DNA of 64,000 nt, taken from Octopus sinensis (lineage: Eukaryota). The stretch is taken from the NCBI RefSeq assembly GCF_006345805.1, contig NC_042997.1, forward strand, positions 136,152,001 to 136,216,000. Reading direction: 5' to 3'. Shown piece after piece: positions 13,445 through 27,594 of the stretch. The position numbers were made by a program, and so were the translations under genes. The first letter of the stretch is position 1. The number at the start of each line of letters is the position of its first letter. Under the pieces are notes generated by a model. It did no database searches, was not told the origin of the DNA, and was given only the letters and a program-made list of their open reading frames with translations.

Positions 13445-13860
13445 AGTCAATGAAACAAGAATGCCTTAACCAGGTATATTAACAGTCTGAAGTTGAGCGC
13501 CTTCCACCAATACTGTCTATGCAGAATATGCAAGATCTCACACAGGAACAAAATCACAAACACTAAACTCGCGAAGAGAGTCATTCTGCACAGCCTGCAG
13601 GAGATTGGGACGGAAAGGAGAGTAAGATTTGCAGGACATGTTTTCCGATTGCTGGAAGGATAAATACCCAAGACAGCTATACAATGAGCACTACTAATGG
13701 GACAAAGAAAGAGGAGGAAACCCAGGAAGGCATGGCACGCCGCCTTCAAAGAAGATCTGAGTAACATCGCCTGGGTAGATGCAGCTGTAATTATTCAAGA
13801 TGCCTTGCTATCCAATGTGCAGGTCAATTGTACGGAAGGAACTAAGGGTGAGATAAAGAT
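13445..13860 (+). mobile_element. 3' fragment of an RTE-clade LINE
   Basis: LSAFHQYCLCRICKIS..KITN...RRVRFAGHVFRL...PKTAIQ*..GQRKRRKPRKAW..FKEDL, a typical RTE C-terminus with stops. Confidence 0.82.
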
Positions 13861-14145
13861 TATCAGAAATATGTCGCAAATGAAAACAGTAAGCCGCGGA
13901 CTTCAGAATTGTAACCATACATATTCAGAAAAATAAAAATATGTTGTGATCGTTCTCCCATTAAACAATATTTCTCAATATGATGTATAATGCATGAAAA
14001 ATATTTTACAATTTATGCGTTTACTATTACAAGTGTGCGTCAGTTATTTTATTCATGTTCTTGAAGCCAATTCAGTTCACTTCAATTGCGATTTGAATGT
14101 TCTTCAGTACGATATGAAACTCGCACAAATTCCTTATTAGAAACA

Positions 14146-14200
14146 CATGCACGCACATACACACATACATACATATACATACACACACACACGTACACAC

Positions 14201-14277
<77 letters not shown>

Positions 14278-14310
14278 TAAATATACATACATACACAAAC
14301 GTACATAGGC
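14146..14310. repeat. (CA)n/(TA)n compound microsatellite
   Basis: Directly visible. Confidence 0.92.
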
Positions 14311-16321
14311 ACATATGTATGGATGCAAGCTTGTAAGTTTTACGTATATATGTTTATGTTTGTGTGCGTGTGTGCATTATGTCTAAGCAAGAAATCAATG
14401 TGTACTGAAATAGAAATAGCAGAACATTATACTTGTTAAACAATGATCTCAGGTTACAAACACTTCAAAAGCCAGGCTAAGCAAAACTGTATTATTGCTA
14501 TTGCACGGAACGAAGTACATTTTAAATGTTACGTGTGTTATAACAGGAATTATTTCTTTGTTTAAAAATATTGCCATAGTGATAGTGTTGTTGGTGGCTG
14601 TGTATAACTACCAAGTAATTTCTGATCTAGCTGATGTTGTTCCAACTATGGGCATCACGTCTTTTATACAAAGTTTGGTTGATGTATCAAGTACTACTTT
14701 ACCTAAAACATTACTGTTTAAAAATTGTCATTTGAGGGTTGAGTTTTCTAGCAAGTCGTGCGACTATGTAGAGGTTGCCTGTTGACCTCTCCATAAGTTA
14801 TGTGTTTTTATATTTGGTATTGAAGTCGCCGTATATAAATTGTCAGATTAAGTCGGATAGACTCCTACAATGCACATTTGCAGCTTGTTTATTGAAACAT
14901 TAAAAGTTTAGACAATGTTTAAATGGCTATTTAGAGTGGGAGTTTTTGAGACATAAAGGCATGGCAGTTTACCTTTTAAAGCAGAAATGACTGTATGGAT
15001 TTAGTCATAGACCAAAATAATATGGGAAGTTGAATTTAATTGTTTGATGGCCAAATGCTGACGATTTATTGTCTCTGTTGCACAATGCTTATGACAAAAG
15101 TATTTAAATCTAGTTTACTGGTTTGATGTAAATAGGATCTTCAAGCAAGATAGATCTTACGGTAACTGCGGAATGCAAATAAATAAAACGTAGACGCTGA
15201 TTAGTTTGATGTGAATTTTCATTCCTGCTCTGAGATGAGCTATTTACAATGGCAATATAGATTTTATGGGAATATAGTCTTAGACAACAGAGGAATCTCA
15301 CGTTTATGTTTTTAAATTTTTTGTCTTTGCTCAGTAATGCAGGGTTAATAAGCACTTAAAAGCAATTCTAAAACCAAAGAAATCTTTGCCAACCAGAGAT
15401 TTAAGTCTCTCTCTCTCGCTTTCTCTTTCTCTCTCTCTTTCTCTCTCTTACTCGCTCTCATACATAATCTCTCAATGTGTGTGCGTATTCGTGTATCTGT
15501 CCATGCGTGTGTAATCAACAAATAAACTAAACCTTATGAGAGAATAATATAATTTTGGCCAAATTTAAAATTAAGAGTAAAACAAATTATACTATGGATA
15601 AAAGTGATTGCAATTATAACAGGCGACAGTCAATTTAAGTCAATTTGATATCAGAATACACTAAAGAAAATTTGATTCTCGATTAGAGATAGAATTGTCT
15701 ACTTAGACTTTTTAATAATTACATTTGTTTATAGCATTTAAGCTCATAGTTGAGCTCCGGCGTTAAAACAGCAGTTTGACTGGGAATAGTTGGCCAATTA
15801 TTATCAATATGAAAGAGCCGGTGAAGTATTGCATATTTGAAGAAATAGATGAAGGGATTGTAATATCATTGCCGATATTTGAGCCGTTATTTGAGCATTA
15901 GTAATATTTGTGAAGTCAAATCGCTTCAATTAGAAATTTTATCTTTGTCGCGGTCTCACCAGAAGAGGACAAACCGCGTAAGTCTGTACCATGCTTCACA
16001 ATATCTGGCTAACTAAGTATTTCATAGTTGACCAAGCTGATCCTCTTCAGAAAGTGTGTAGAGAGTATTCTCTGTAGAGCCTAAATCGTAACTAAAACAG
16101 AAAAAAGCCTTAAAAATCATCTCGATGAGGAGATTGGAGTCTTATCAAGACGATGATTATGAGATGCCTCAAAGCATCTCACAACGTGAACACAAAACCA
16201 AACAGAAAATTTAGGAACACATTCCACCCATATCTACTGTTGTTGCTCAATACAGGGTAGTCTTCGCTATCTATTGCTGAACATTAAGTCATATTGTAAG
16301 TTATAGTTTCGAGCCTTCATT

Positions 16322-16377
16322 CATGACTCACATTCAAAGGATGACTCACATTCAAAAGAGGACTCACATTCAAAGGT
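16322..16377. repeat. Three copies of an 18-bp unit (GACTCACATTCAAAGGAT-like)
   Basis: GACTCACATTCAAA occurs at 16325, 16343 and 16361. Confidence 0.9.
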
Positions 16378-16821
16378 GTTATTGGTAAAGACACACGACA
16401 TGAAAATAAAGACTTAACGATGGTAATGGGAGGGCAGAGATTCCTGGCCTTGACTGGTGTAACGCATCGTTATTGCAACCGCTTGTAGAAAACCTATGTT
16501 TTAACTAATCTGGTCTGGAAGAAGAGGCTGTTCCTTCGGTTTTCACAGGCCTGCTAAGATTGGTGAAACCGACACATTTAGCTTTTCTTTTGAATAGTAA
16601 CGAGATTACGTATACAGAAAAAGAAACATCTACGTCGAAGGAGTTCTGAGAATGAAGGATTGGAGTAGTTTTTAGGGCAAAATCTGGTGGATACAATATG
16701 GAAGAAGAAACGAAGAAAAGACAAGTTAAATGATGGGTTTGAATGAAGCAAACTAGCTCCGAATAGCAGCGGACTCTGTAGTGGCAGAAGAAAGTAAGAT
16801 TATTTCAATAAGTATTAATAT

Positions 16822-16990
16822 CGTTTTCACATTTAGGCACAAAGCCAGCAATTTTGAGGGATGGGTAAGTCGATTACATCAACCCCGGTGTCCAACTAGT
16901 ACTTATTTTATCAACTCCAAAATGATGAAAGTCGACTTCAGCGGAATTTGAACTCAGAACGTTAGGACGGATGAAATGCTGCTAAGAACA
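16822..16990 (-). mobile_element. SINE family A, partial
   Basis: Core and B box match the other copies. Confidence 0.8.
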
Positions 16991-18783
16991 ACTGGTAATA
17001 TCAACGAAAAATCTAGATCAGAAAACCAGTTGTAATTCTTCATCTCATGAACAAATTCACCTTTCGTTTCCATCAAGCTGCAGACTTCTTTTCGGAGGCT
17101 TTGAATCTTCTTGGAATTAATAGTGCTTTACAGACTAACAATTTTAAAGTGAATTTCTTTGAAAACATCACAGCTGACAATGGCGTTTGTTTTTATTTTT
17201 CTAATACGTTTAACGACAATACAACAGCTATTATTCAGTAATGGAGAGTATCGATTTTAATAATTAGCAATATCAATGCTTTATAATACTTCATCAAATA
17301 GCAATAAATTGATAAAAATAACGAAATTATTCAAGCATTTAATAGCTATCCCACCCTATTTGGTACTAAGTACACCAGCCCTCAATCGAGAGATAAAATG
17401 AGAGATTGGGTGAAAGTGAACAGAAATTTTGCTTTTATGTTGATATAATTATGAAATTAAGCGTGCTTTACCGGTACGTGTGTTGTTCATGGCTATACTG
17501 TAATATAATTGCGTTGCACCAACTGGACATTACACCACTGCTTGCAGCCCTGAACTTAAATCATAAACGGGTTAAACTTAATAGTTTCATCTAACTGTTT
17601 ATCTTTTATACCTATTATCCACCTGCATGAAAAGAAATTCTGTCATTAAAACATATGAGTGGTAACATTGGCTTTCTATTTCTCTTAAGAAATAGTATGC
17701 TTATTACTGGCAATAGAAAAGAAAATGTTTTACTGAATTTAACATGCAGATGAAATGTAGGAAGAAATTTTAAAAAATTTCTATACATAAAATGCCCTAC
17801 AATGATATCAAGACCACAAAGAAATGCATTGTATTTATATGATACAATATTCGAATATCTTTTCATTTCAACCTATACAGATATACGCTACAAAAAACGC
17901 TATATTTCCTTCCTATCTGCAACGATTACGACTTCAAGAGGATGAAATTTATATTAGATTTTCCTTCACTTTACGAACATAAAACTTCAAAGTGGTGAGA
18001 GAGAAAACTACTTTTCATATACGTTTCACAAAGATATTAGCGACTTTCGAATCAATTCATAAAATCGTTTCGCAAGTAATCTGCTAATAGAAGCATAACA
18101 TGGAATTTAAATTATTCGGGAATCTATGACCAGCGGAAACTTACCTCTGATTCTATAACACTCTCCGCATAAGCATTTCAAGAATCCGTTCTTCACTTTG
18201 TGCAAAAACATATTACGTTTTGAGAAGGGAAATTAAATGTTGAAACTTTCATGATTTTCCACAGAGACATGAATACCGAAGAGGTTATGCTTAGACTACA
18301 AGCATCGCCGCGAATCCTTCGAATATTGTGTGCAGATAGTGAAAGGAATCACTTTTATACGAATATGGGATTTAGTAGATGTCTAAATTGATACATGAGA
18401 ATTAAACTGAACAAAGTGTGTATTTTATTTACATTCATCTGTTTCGTATTGTTGCTGTTATCTACATTACATATGTTTATTTCAGTCTTACATTAGTTTT
18501 TGATGATACTAATACAACATATTTATATTAACGGGTTAACAACTGACACCGCATTATCTTAAGTTGGAAATATCAGACATCTTAATTTCACTTTTATATC
18601 GTTTGTAAATCATTTTATTGTTAGCCACCTATTGATAATTGAATATTGATAGACACCAACACATTGAATTATGTCTTCACACGGTGAAATTTAAAATTAA
18701 ATTTGGTATTGATGTAACACAAGCTCACATAAACATACGGACAGTCGCTTACACATTCGCACACACGCAATCACACACATACA

Positions 18784-18948
18784 TAGGCGCAGGCGCGACT
18801 GTTTGGTAAGAAGCTTGCTTCCCAACCATATTGTTGCAGGTTCAGTCCCACTGCGTGGAACTTTGGACAGGGTATCTTCTATTATGGCCTCAGATCAACC
18901 AAAGCCTTGTCAGTGGATTTGGTAGACGGAAATTGAAAGAAGCCCGTC

Positions 18949-19008
<60 letters not shown>

Positions 19009-19245
19009 GTATATATCCATGGGTGTATGTGCTTTTGTGTTTCTGCTTTCCCCACCACCGCTTGACAACCGATATTGGTGTGTTTATGTCCCTGCAACTT
19101 AAAGGATCGGCAAAAGATTTCGAAAGAATAAGTTCCGGGCTTATAAAAAAAGTATTAGGGTCGATTCATTCAGCTAAATATTTTTCAATGCGGTGCCCCA
19201 GCATAGCCACAGTCTAATAACTGAAACAAGTAAAAGATCAAAGAT
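18784..19245 (+). mobile_element. tRNA-derived CORE-type SINE (family B) with internal (TA)n
   Basis: Head AGGCGCAGG..TGGTAAG..GGTTCAGTCCC, body GTAGACGGAAATTGAAAGAAGCCCGTCG, tail ACTGAAACAAGTAAAAGA. Confidence 0.88.
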
Positions 19246-20712
19246 ATGTGTGTACACGTGCGCGCGCGTGTGTGTTTGTGTGCGTGTATCAACAGAAAAA
19301 ATACAAGGAGAAAAGTTAGACGAGAGCAGAGTAAACAGGAAAGTAGACGACAACTAAACGGACGGAAAATTAGATGACAACATGATGCACGAAATATTCG
19401 CCGCTGGGTTTTCGTCTTCAGTCAAGGACGCAAAATATCATAGCAGTATCACGCCAATTACTTTTGATAACGCTCAGTTTTGCAGGCGCCAGTACTTTAT
19501 TAAGCTACTGGGAAAAAGCTAGCGAATATGTGCTATGACAGAAACAAGCAAAATATTACATAAATACAATAGACAACGAGTTAAGCATATATAGCACCAC
19601 TAAGCCTTACTGTTCATATTATTGGCCGTGAGATACAATTTTCAATGATGTAATTTGCGATTTTATTGCAAGAATGTATGTAATATAGCCATCTCAATTT
19701 GAATTTTCTAACACTGTATAACACCGATATAGTACTATACTTTATTGAAAGTCTAAGTTTGTCTGGAGACACTCGTGACTCAAAAAATAATTGTATTGCT
19801 ACTAAGAGTTACACATATATCGCGTTTACTAGGTAGTGAAGAATTGTTGGTTGCATTGCTGCTAAAGATGTTTTAGGAAGAAACAGAATCAAGTGTAATG
19901 TTGATGTTAAATCGAGATGTATTATTTACGCAGGAGATAGAGACAAACAAACTATTAGGATGATAAGAAACACGTACTTAATTTCTGATATTGTTTAATA
20001 TTGTATTTATAACCGTATATATCAATGTTCAAGCATTTATGATATGAATAGGTTTCCATTAATATTGCATAATGCATATTGATTGTTTATATATTTTCCA
20101 GCATGTTAAACAATTTATCCCACCAGTTATTGAATCGATCGGAACTGAATAATATATGTGGTACCAAGATTTTAATTTATATATGTATTCTATTGGATAT
20201 ATAAAGTGTATCATGTGTATAAATTTAGGTGTACGACTGCTACTGGTGACTTTAGAGCTGCACGTTTAGAATCGTCGTTCAATCTATTGCCTGTGTGGTA
20301 ATGTAGTTACTGCTGTACTAGGTAATATTATTTCTTATGATATATAGAACATATGTAGGAGAGATTATGATATATTATGATAAATACAACTTTATATCAT
20401 TTGTTCCCAATGTACGGTTCATACTTGCGGTTATTCCCAAACTCTGCATTGGTTATTCCAGGTCCAGTTGGGTGTTGAACCGCAAAAGATCATCAGAGAA
20501 GTGCTCTAATGCTTTTTTCACACAAATTGAATCGGACATTTTATATGTGTGACATAATGCAATAAAGTGTTTCCTTTATGGCATGTTGTGGTTCAGCATA
20601 CAATTTCCCTTGGAACATCCAGTGCGGAGTTTGCTAATAAACACAAGGCTGAAACATACGTAGGGAACCAATGATATAATCTTGTGCTTATCATAATTTA
20701 TCACAATTTTTG

Positions 20713-20775
<63 letters not shown>

Positions 20776-20785
20776 CAGATAGATA
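20713..20785. repeat. (GATA)n microsatellite
   Basis: Directly visible. Confidence 0.97.
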
Positions 20786-23581
20786 AAAACACTAGCAAAA
20801 CAAGAACCATAAAATAGTATCAGGGACTAACAGATATATGAAGTTGTAAATGTAAAGCACGTTGAAAAAATCGGTGGAAAATATAATAATCATTAAGAAG
20901 TGTGAAGAATTAATGTAAATATTCCTAATAAAAAATTAGAAATAAATGTAACCTTTTAAATCGCACCTTTTACGAAAAAACTGTCATAAATACTAATACG
21001 AGAAAAATAGAAACGGTACTAAATTTACAGCGCGTTTACATCGGTACTAACGGTTTATATATTTTATGAACGATTGGTTACTTATATAAAAAAAAACCGT
21101 ATTATTACCAAGTATGACCTTTAGTTCATTTTAGCCATTGTGCAGTGGCAATGTCGAACAAATACAGACTTCCACGATGTGACACAAGTAAAAATGTTTT
21201 CTTATATTAAATCAAGACCAACAATTTTTAATGGACGAATATATATGACGTGCTGAATCGACCTTAGCACGTACATAGTACTAATGTCTTAGGTTATAAG
21301 AAAGTAAATAGCGTTGTTGATTTTGGGTGAATCTGAACTCACGAAGTCGATGGCATGCTCTGTAAGACAGCTCCTCTACTGCTTCAGCTACTCGACCGTC
21401 TTGAGAGAGAAACAGTAATAAATTTATTTAATGAAAATATTTTATTCTTACAAATATCAACTTTAGTATTCTGTTACTACATTACAGCAGCAATAAAATA
21501 AGCATTACATTTAAAATATTTCTTGAAGAAACAAGTTCAAGTGATCTGAAACAAAACTAATATCTTTATTTCATGTTCGAAGTGATTTATATTAATGAGA
21601 CAATTTCAAGAGGGAAAGGCAAAGTGTTAATACTTCGCCAAGAAATATTGCAACATTGTTCGAATATTCATGTGAATACAATGCAGAGAAGAAGAAAGTG
21701 ACTTCGTGAAATACATAACTTTCAAAAGGACGTTAAAAATAAAATGAAACTGAATAGACTAAGAATCGAGATCGTGCCTTGTACTCAGATAAGTAGAAAT
21801 TAAGTAATTCTTTAAGTAATTCTTTATGAAAATCACCAATAACTCTTTTTGTTTTAAATTACCTCACATAGGTATAGTACCTAAACTTAAAGTTATGTGT
21901 TTCGCGGCTTTGTTAACAGCTCTACAGGTGTTACTGATGGACACTTTTTAATGAAGGTTAGAAAATAGTTACGAGTAAATGCATTCTAGAGTTGTGTTGC
22001 TATTTATTCTTGAGACATTTACAGTGTCTGAAATGGCTGTACATGAGATTAAATACCCAGCGTTTCTTTAATTTCCTAAGTCTTAATCTTGCTATGTATG
22101 TTTTCAACTTACTTTGAAGCTTAATAAAATTCTATATTGGATCAATTCAGGTAAATTAGTAAAATTCTGTGCTGAATTAATACGTGACCCAATCATGTAT
22201 TTAAATCATTTCAATAGACTTCAGTTCTGTAGTAAAGATCACAGATCATTTTGCACTTCTTCATTTCTTGCCGAATCTATTTTCATGCTCTTACTAGTTG
22301 ACATTTGTTTCTAACCAAATTATTTTCTTATAATGACAGTTGATACATTTCACTTGAAATATATTCATACTCTGACTGAAAGATCGAGTTTTCCTTACTG
22401 CACTAACTTCATCTTCGCTGAAGAAGGCTGGGAGAGAATAAGCGGGAGGAATGTTCAAATAACTTGAGTACAAATGAATCCAAAATCAGTAGCAGAACAA
22501 GACTGATACAAACAGATGTCATGATTTCCATTTCTTATCTATTCATACTCTGTTGATGATTTTTTCTCTTCAGTGCAGGAGGCTGATGTATAGGGTAGTG
22601 TTATTGTCAACAAAGTTTTCGTTTTTCTACACTTCACTGATTCGTATTATACTTCCCATCAGATATTCTCTTTATAAAAGAATACAATTGTTTTTTTCTT
22701 TATATTTTCTTGCAAGCCGATGCACTATCGTAGAGTGGTAAAATTGATTGAGAGTAGATTTAATTGTCCTACAGTGTTCAGATACTCCAAATTATGTTCT
22801 GAGTTCGGGTCTTTATGGATTTCAAAGATTGACAAAACCAGTTACTACTTGTATGCTTCCCATAAACGACAGTTTCCTCGTTCTCTAATTTTGAACAATT
22901 GTGACTGAAGGTGTTACGATATCTACAAAAACAACCCTTAATCACAATAGTACTTTTTGACGCCTACATGCTTAAATTATTGTACTTCACTATAGTCATT
23001 CTTGTATCTGTAACATGCTAAAGATCAAGAAGGATATATTTTAAAGGAAGTAATGACATATCATTAGTCAGTGAGATAAAGTTTTGTTTTCTTCACCACA
23101 TTATTATTAATTAGGTAAACGTTGCCTTTCTAAACACAGCACCAATTTTGCTTTAGTTTTGTGCGTTGGGATTTATTTTATCACAATTATTATACTTGAG
23201 TTGTATTTTTAAAGTACAGATTACAAACATGTGGTTAGTATAAATAACAACGCAAAATTACTCAAAACACGGGACCCTTGCTAATATCTTTATTCACTAA
23301 CATAAGGAATGCCCTCTCGACGTTCTATTTGTTGGCAAGGATATATATTGAACTTTTCACACGAAAGGTACAGAAAGCCTATTTAATATATCTGTCTGGC
23401 AATTTCAGTTCTCTGAACAGACAGATGCTAGAAAGCTTTTAAGATGCACTTGCATGTCCATTATTTCAACAAAATTCACGTTGACCCCAGTACTTGACTG
23501 TTACTTAATTTATCGACCCGAAAGGATGAAAGGCAACGTTGACCCCGGTGGAATTTAGAAATAATGATAATAATAATAATA

Positions 23582-23616
<35 letters not shown>

Positions 23617-23888
23617 GGTAGACAGAAACTGAAAGAAGCCCGTCATATATATGTATATATATATATATGCGTGTGTGTGTTTGTGTGTCTGTGTGTGTCC
23701 CCCTAGCATTGCTTGACAACCGATGCTGGTGTGTTTACGTCCCCGTTACTTAGCGGTTCGGCAAAAGAGACCGATAGAATAAGTACTGGGATTGCAGAAG
23801 AATAAGTCCCGGGGTCGAGTTGCTCGATTAAAGGCGGTGCTCCAGCATGGTCGCAGTCAAATGACTGAAACAAGTAAAAGAGTAAAGA

Positions 23889-23890
<2 letters not shown>
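23617..23890 (+). mobile_element. SINE family B, 5'-truncated, between two (TAA)n tracts; a family A fragment lies at 23478-23558 (-)
   Basis: Matches the body and tail of the other family B copies. Confidence 0.88.
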
Positions 23891-23942
<52 letters not shown>

Positions 23943-24189
23943 GAGCACTCAGAGAGTGCAAACCTCCTCCAGCGCAACACCAACGTCCTCTCAACGATTA
24001 ACTGGAGATGATTTTTAAAATGAGAATAACTGAAATAAACTCTACTGCTCTCACAAACGAGAATATTAAAAATGAACCCGATCGCTCTCAAAAATTAGGT
24101 AAAAAAAAACAGAAAAATAAACCCGATCGATCCCAATGGTAGTCGTGTGCTGGCCGTATTTGTAATGCAGTGTGTGTATCTGCAGTGGG

Positions 24190-24305
24190 AAAAGGGACAG
24201 TTTTCTCTATAAAGGCCTTTTTTAGTCTATCTGCTGATACAGTGTCTTTACGACCGTTATGGTCTATAGTAAAAACTTTATCTGTGCGTGAAAGAAAACG
24301 GAGAT
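24190..24305 (-). mobile_element. Gypsy/Ty3 integrase C-terminal (GPY/F region) fragment
   Basis: RFLSRTDKVFTIDHNGRKDTVSADRLKKAF resembles the V.R..K.F.I...G....VS.DRLK.A motif. Confidence 0.7.
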
Positions 24306-24580
24306 TTAGCAACATTATTCATGTCTCATCGGTAGATAATAGCGTGATGATATTTTCGGACAACTGCTTATGATGTGGGTGATACCTTCGATGTTAACTC
24401 TTCAAAGTATGCATCTGTTGTCACATTTTACTGCGTGTCCTGCATTGTTGTCCCATTTGTGCATCAGGTATTTAGTTGACATTTCCTGTTCCTGGATTGC
24501 AAACACGTACCCTTCAAAGTGGGAGGTAGTAACCCGGTTGTAGGTCCATAATAGACTGCTTTGACGATCAATGTTACTAT
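24303..24580 (-). mobile_element. RLE-type non-LTR retrotransposon fragment (zinc knuckle region)
   Basis: EGYVFAIQEQEMSTKY...DNRCIL*RVNIEGITHIISSCPKISSRYYLPMRHE. Confidence 0.8.
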
Positions 24581-24649
24581 TATGTAAATATGTGTGTATG
24601 TATATATGTATACTGTTTACTAAAATTGAATTATTTGTATATGTGATAT

Positions 24650-24713
24650 CCAGTAACCGGCTGACGAATTTTTATACTTGTATAGTTTATCCGAAGCGGC
24701 CGTTACTCACTGG
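24650..24713 (+). ncRNA. Degenerate minimal hammerhead-ribozyme-like motif (PLE type)
   Basis: CCAGT..CTGACGA...ATCC GAAG CGGCCG TTA..ACTGG. GAAA is mutated to GAAG; stem III is palindromic. Confidence 0.4.
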
Positions 24714-27594
24714 TACCACAGCTATGACTAGGTAAAGTCTCTACGTTGAAACCTCTCCAGCATAAACTATGAAGTTAAACTCCGTGGACACCTAGATTCT
24801 TTAAAAATTTCGTTCTTTCCCTTCATTAGTCCTCTAAATTCTAACCTACTGTGCCAACACCATTGACACAATAGTAGGAAATCTCTTAGAACCTGAAAGT
24901 TATTCAGAAACCAATTTCTAATTGAGGCGATTGTTCAGAAATTTTAAGGAAAGTGTTGTTCAATTAAATAAACATCCGTACTAGATTATGTTGACACTTT
25001 GTAAACAACGAAGAAGACTTGAACTCAGATCTCAGTGTCGCAAAAGAATTCTGCATTGCAAGCCACTTGCACCCAACCAATTTTATTTGAAAGTAACTTT
25101 TATTTCTCTTTGGTTTTCATTCTCATTAAAAATAAATGTGTTGGCATATTATGAAAAAGCGAATTGAAATATAAAATGTTTCAAAATATGTCAATATTTC
25201 TCTATCTGAAACATTCCCATAAATTGTTATATTCTAGATTCGCAGTTATACGAATATCTTTCGACTTCATTCTGCGCAGCAACTTTTGATTTTCTTTTAG
25301 AACTGTTCTCCCATACGTTTCATATAATCTTGAGAAAAAGCAATAATACTGACATATCCCACATTCTCTACTCTCACCGCCCCAAGGTTATATAAATAAG
25401 CATTTATTGATATATAACAATGATTATGAAATGTCAAATATGAAGCACAGATATTTAATGTTTAAGTTGCTTAATCATTATTGTTTGAAACTACTAAAAG
25501 TAGACTAAACGTTGTGTGTTAAGACAGTCTTCAATATGAATTTATAATTGAGACTGGATAAATATTTATTTATTCTGAACATTTCTGTGTTCAATAGACG
25601 AGATGGTTTTAACCTTTTGTCTTCAGAACTACCCATCAATCGGTAATCAGCTTTACCTACGTGAAATAACATCCGAAACGTCCTCAAATCGCACAGTAAT
25701 TGTTCTTTAAAAGGAAAGACATTGGACGATACAATTCTAGATACATTATATCTGAAAAGTTAAATGATGAAATAGTCGCTACTGAAGCTCCTTAGATTAA
25801 AGATCTGCCCAATTAGAACTTGCATGTGTTTAAACAACACCAACAATATCAATGAAACACACATGATTTTGTGCTCAAAGCCCAATGCAATAGGTTGTCT
25901 AATCAAACATTGTTTGTATATATCAATATCATAAACAGGGGTAATCTGAAGTACAACCAACCAAACAGACTATTGCATGACAAGGAAAAAATCCCTATTC
26001 AATCCTTTTCGAATATTTTGTCTTTTTTTTTTCTATCTTATATTGCAACTACAAAGACTTTCTTTAACTTTTCTACCTGTATCGCTTCTCCTACTTTTAA
26101 CAACAGTTACTACTTCAATGTTTATCAAAGATGTATCTCTAAAACTACAAAGCTTTTCAACGCATTTCTTGCTAATTTTCCTCTCACATAGCTTTAAACA
26201 CTAACCATGTCAATCTTAACTGGCTTTCCAATATAATATGACTTAGCAAAGGACTCTTTTTTTACTACTCACCCGAGGTTAGAGGTTGTTCAAAATCATT
26301 AATAGCAAGACTAATCAGTTATAATTCCAGAATTTGAAAAAGAATCAGCGAGTAATAGATATCTTCCGTCGTATCTATTTTGGTGTTTACAGGTTCTACT
26401 GTATTTTCCAGCATACAAGTCGACGTACTATGTAGAGTAAAAGTATAGAGAAAACATTCAAACATCACCACAATCTTTCCAAATCCTACTGTATTTCACA
26501 TAGAACTCTGTGCCCTCCAAAGTCTTCTATTTTTGGTTATAAATTCTGGTCTGAGGAATTCAATTTGTAAGCTGGAAAAATACGGCATCTGATATTCTTT
26601 ATTCACTATACACTATTAACATTATTTACACCTCAAATAATCTTACTCCTCTAGATTAATTCATATTCTGGTGTGAACAAATAATTTTTTATTTCTATTT
26701 GTGAAAATATATAGATCATGGTGACTAAACACATCTACTCTACGGAGACTGAAACTAATAAAAGAGTTTTAAAAATTATTATCACGATAGATATTTTTTA
26801 CATTTCACCTATCATTACACAGCTCTCCTTCATAAATCTAATGGCAGTTAAGTATAGTATAGGAAATTTAGCCACAAACCTTGCTATTTCGACTTTACCA
26901 GAAAACTAGATATTCTGTATGCTGCATATACACGAAGTAGTTGAATATATAGACGCACATTTGATTAAGTTTCTTCTTTTATTATAGTTTTTGTTTGTTC
27001 AAATCATTTTTTGTTTTGGTTTTTTGTTTTGATTTGGTCTTTTTTTCATAAACAATTTCTCTCAGTCATGTTTTGCTTTATACTGAAATAGTTATTTTAA
27101 TGTTAAGGATGATGCTCAGCCTGGTGTCGCGCAAAAGAACGCGAATTCTCTGAGGAAAAGGACAGCCTGTAAATAACAAACGAAATCAAGTGTCTTTCTT
27201 TTATACCATTCTGTAGATAATTTTAGATACTATTTTTCATTCATATTCTTTCCTGTATTCATGTCCATCTTTTATCATTTTTCATTTATATTCGTTGTTT
27301 TCCTTCTCTCCTCAAGTTGTGCTTCTAAATTATTCAAACTATTATTGCCGTCTGTGTACTTTTGAATCAACGTCATCCAGTATAATGAACTCTTAATACT
27401 AAATACACTAGAAAAAGCTGATATAGTCTTATAAGCAGCTTTTCCTATCGCTTACAGTCGTTTCTTTTTCCACTTTGATATGTTTTTTCTTTTCTTTAAT
27501 TCATTGATTTGGCTATAACTTAAATCGTAACTATTCTGTACCATTCATTCATTGGAATGTAAGTGTGTTTGTGTGGGGGGAAATGTACATGTGT

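Noticed and set aside
16440-16560. THAP-domain-like LEEEAVPSVF
   Set aside because: Upstream C2CH residues are not recoverable; the match is too short.
17609-17640. 11-nt microexon on the minus strand (TTTTCATGCAG|GTGGATAATAG|GTATAA)
   Set aside because: Such motifs are common by chance and there is no supported host gene.
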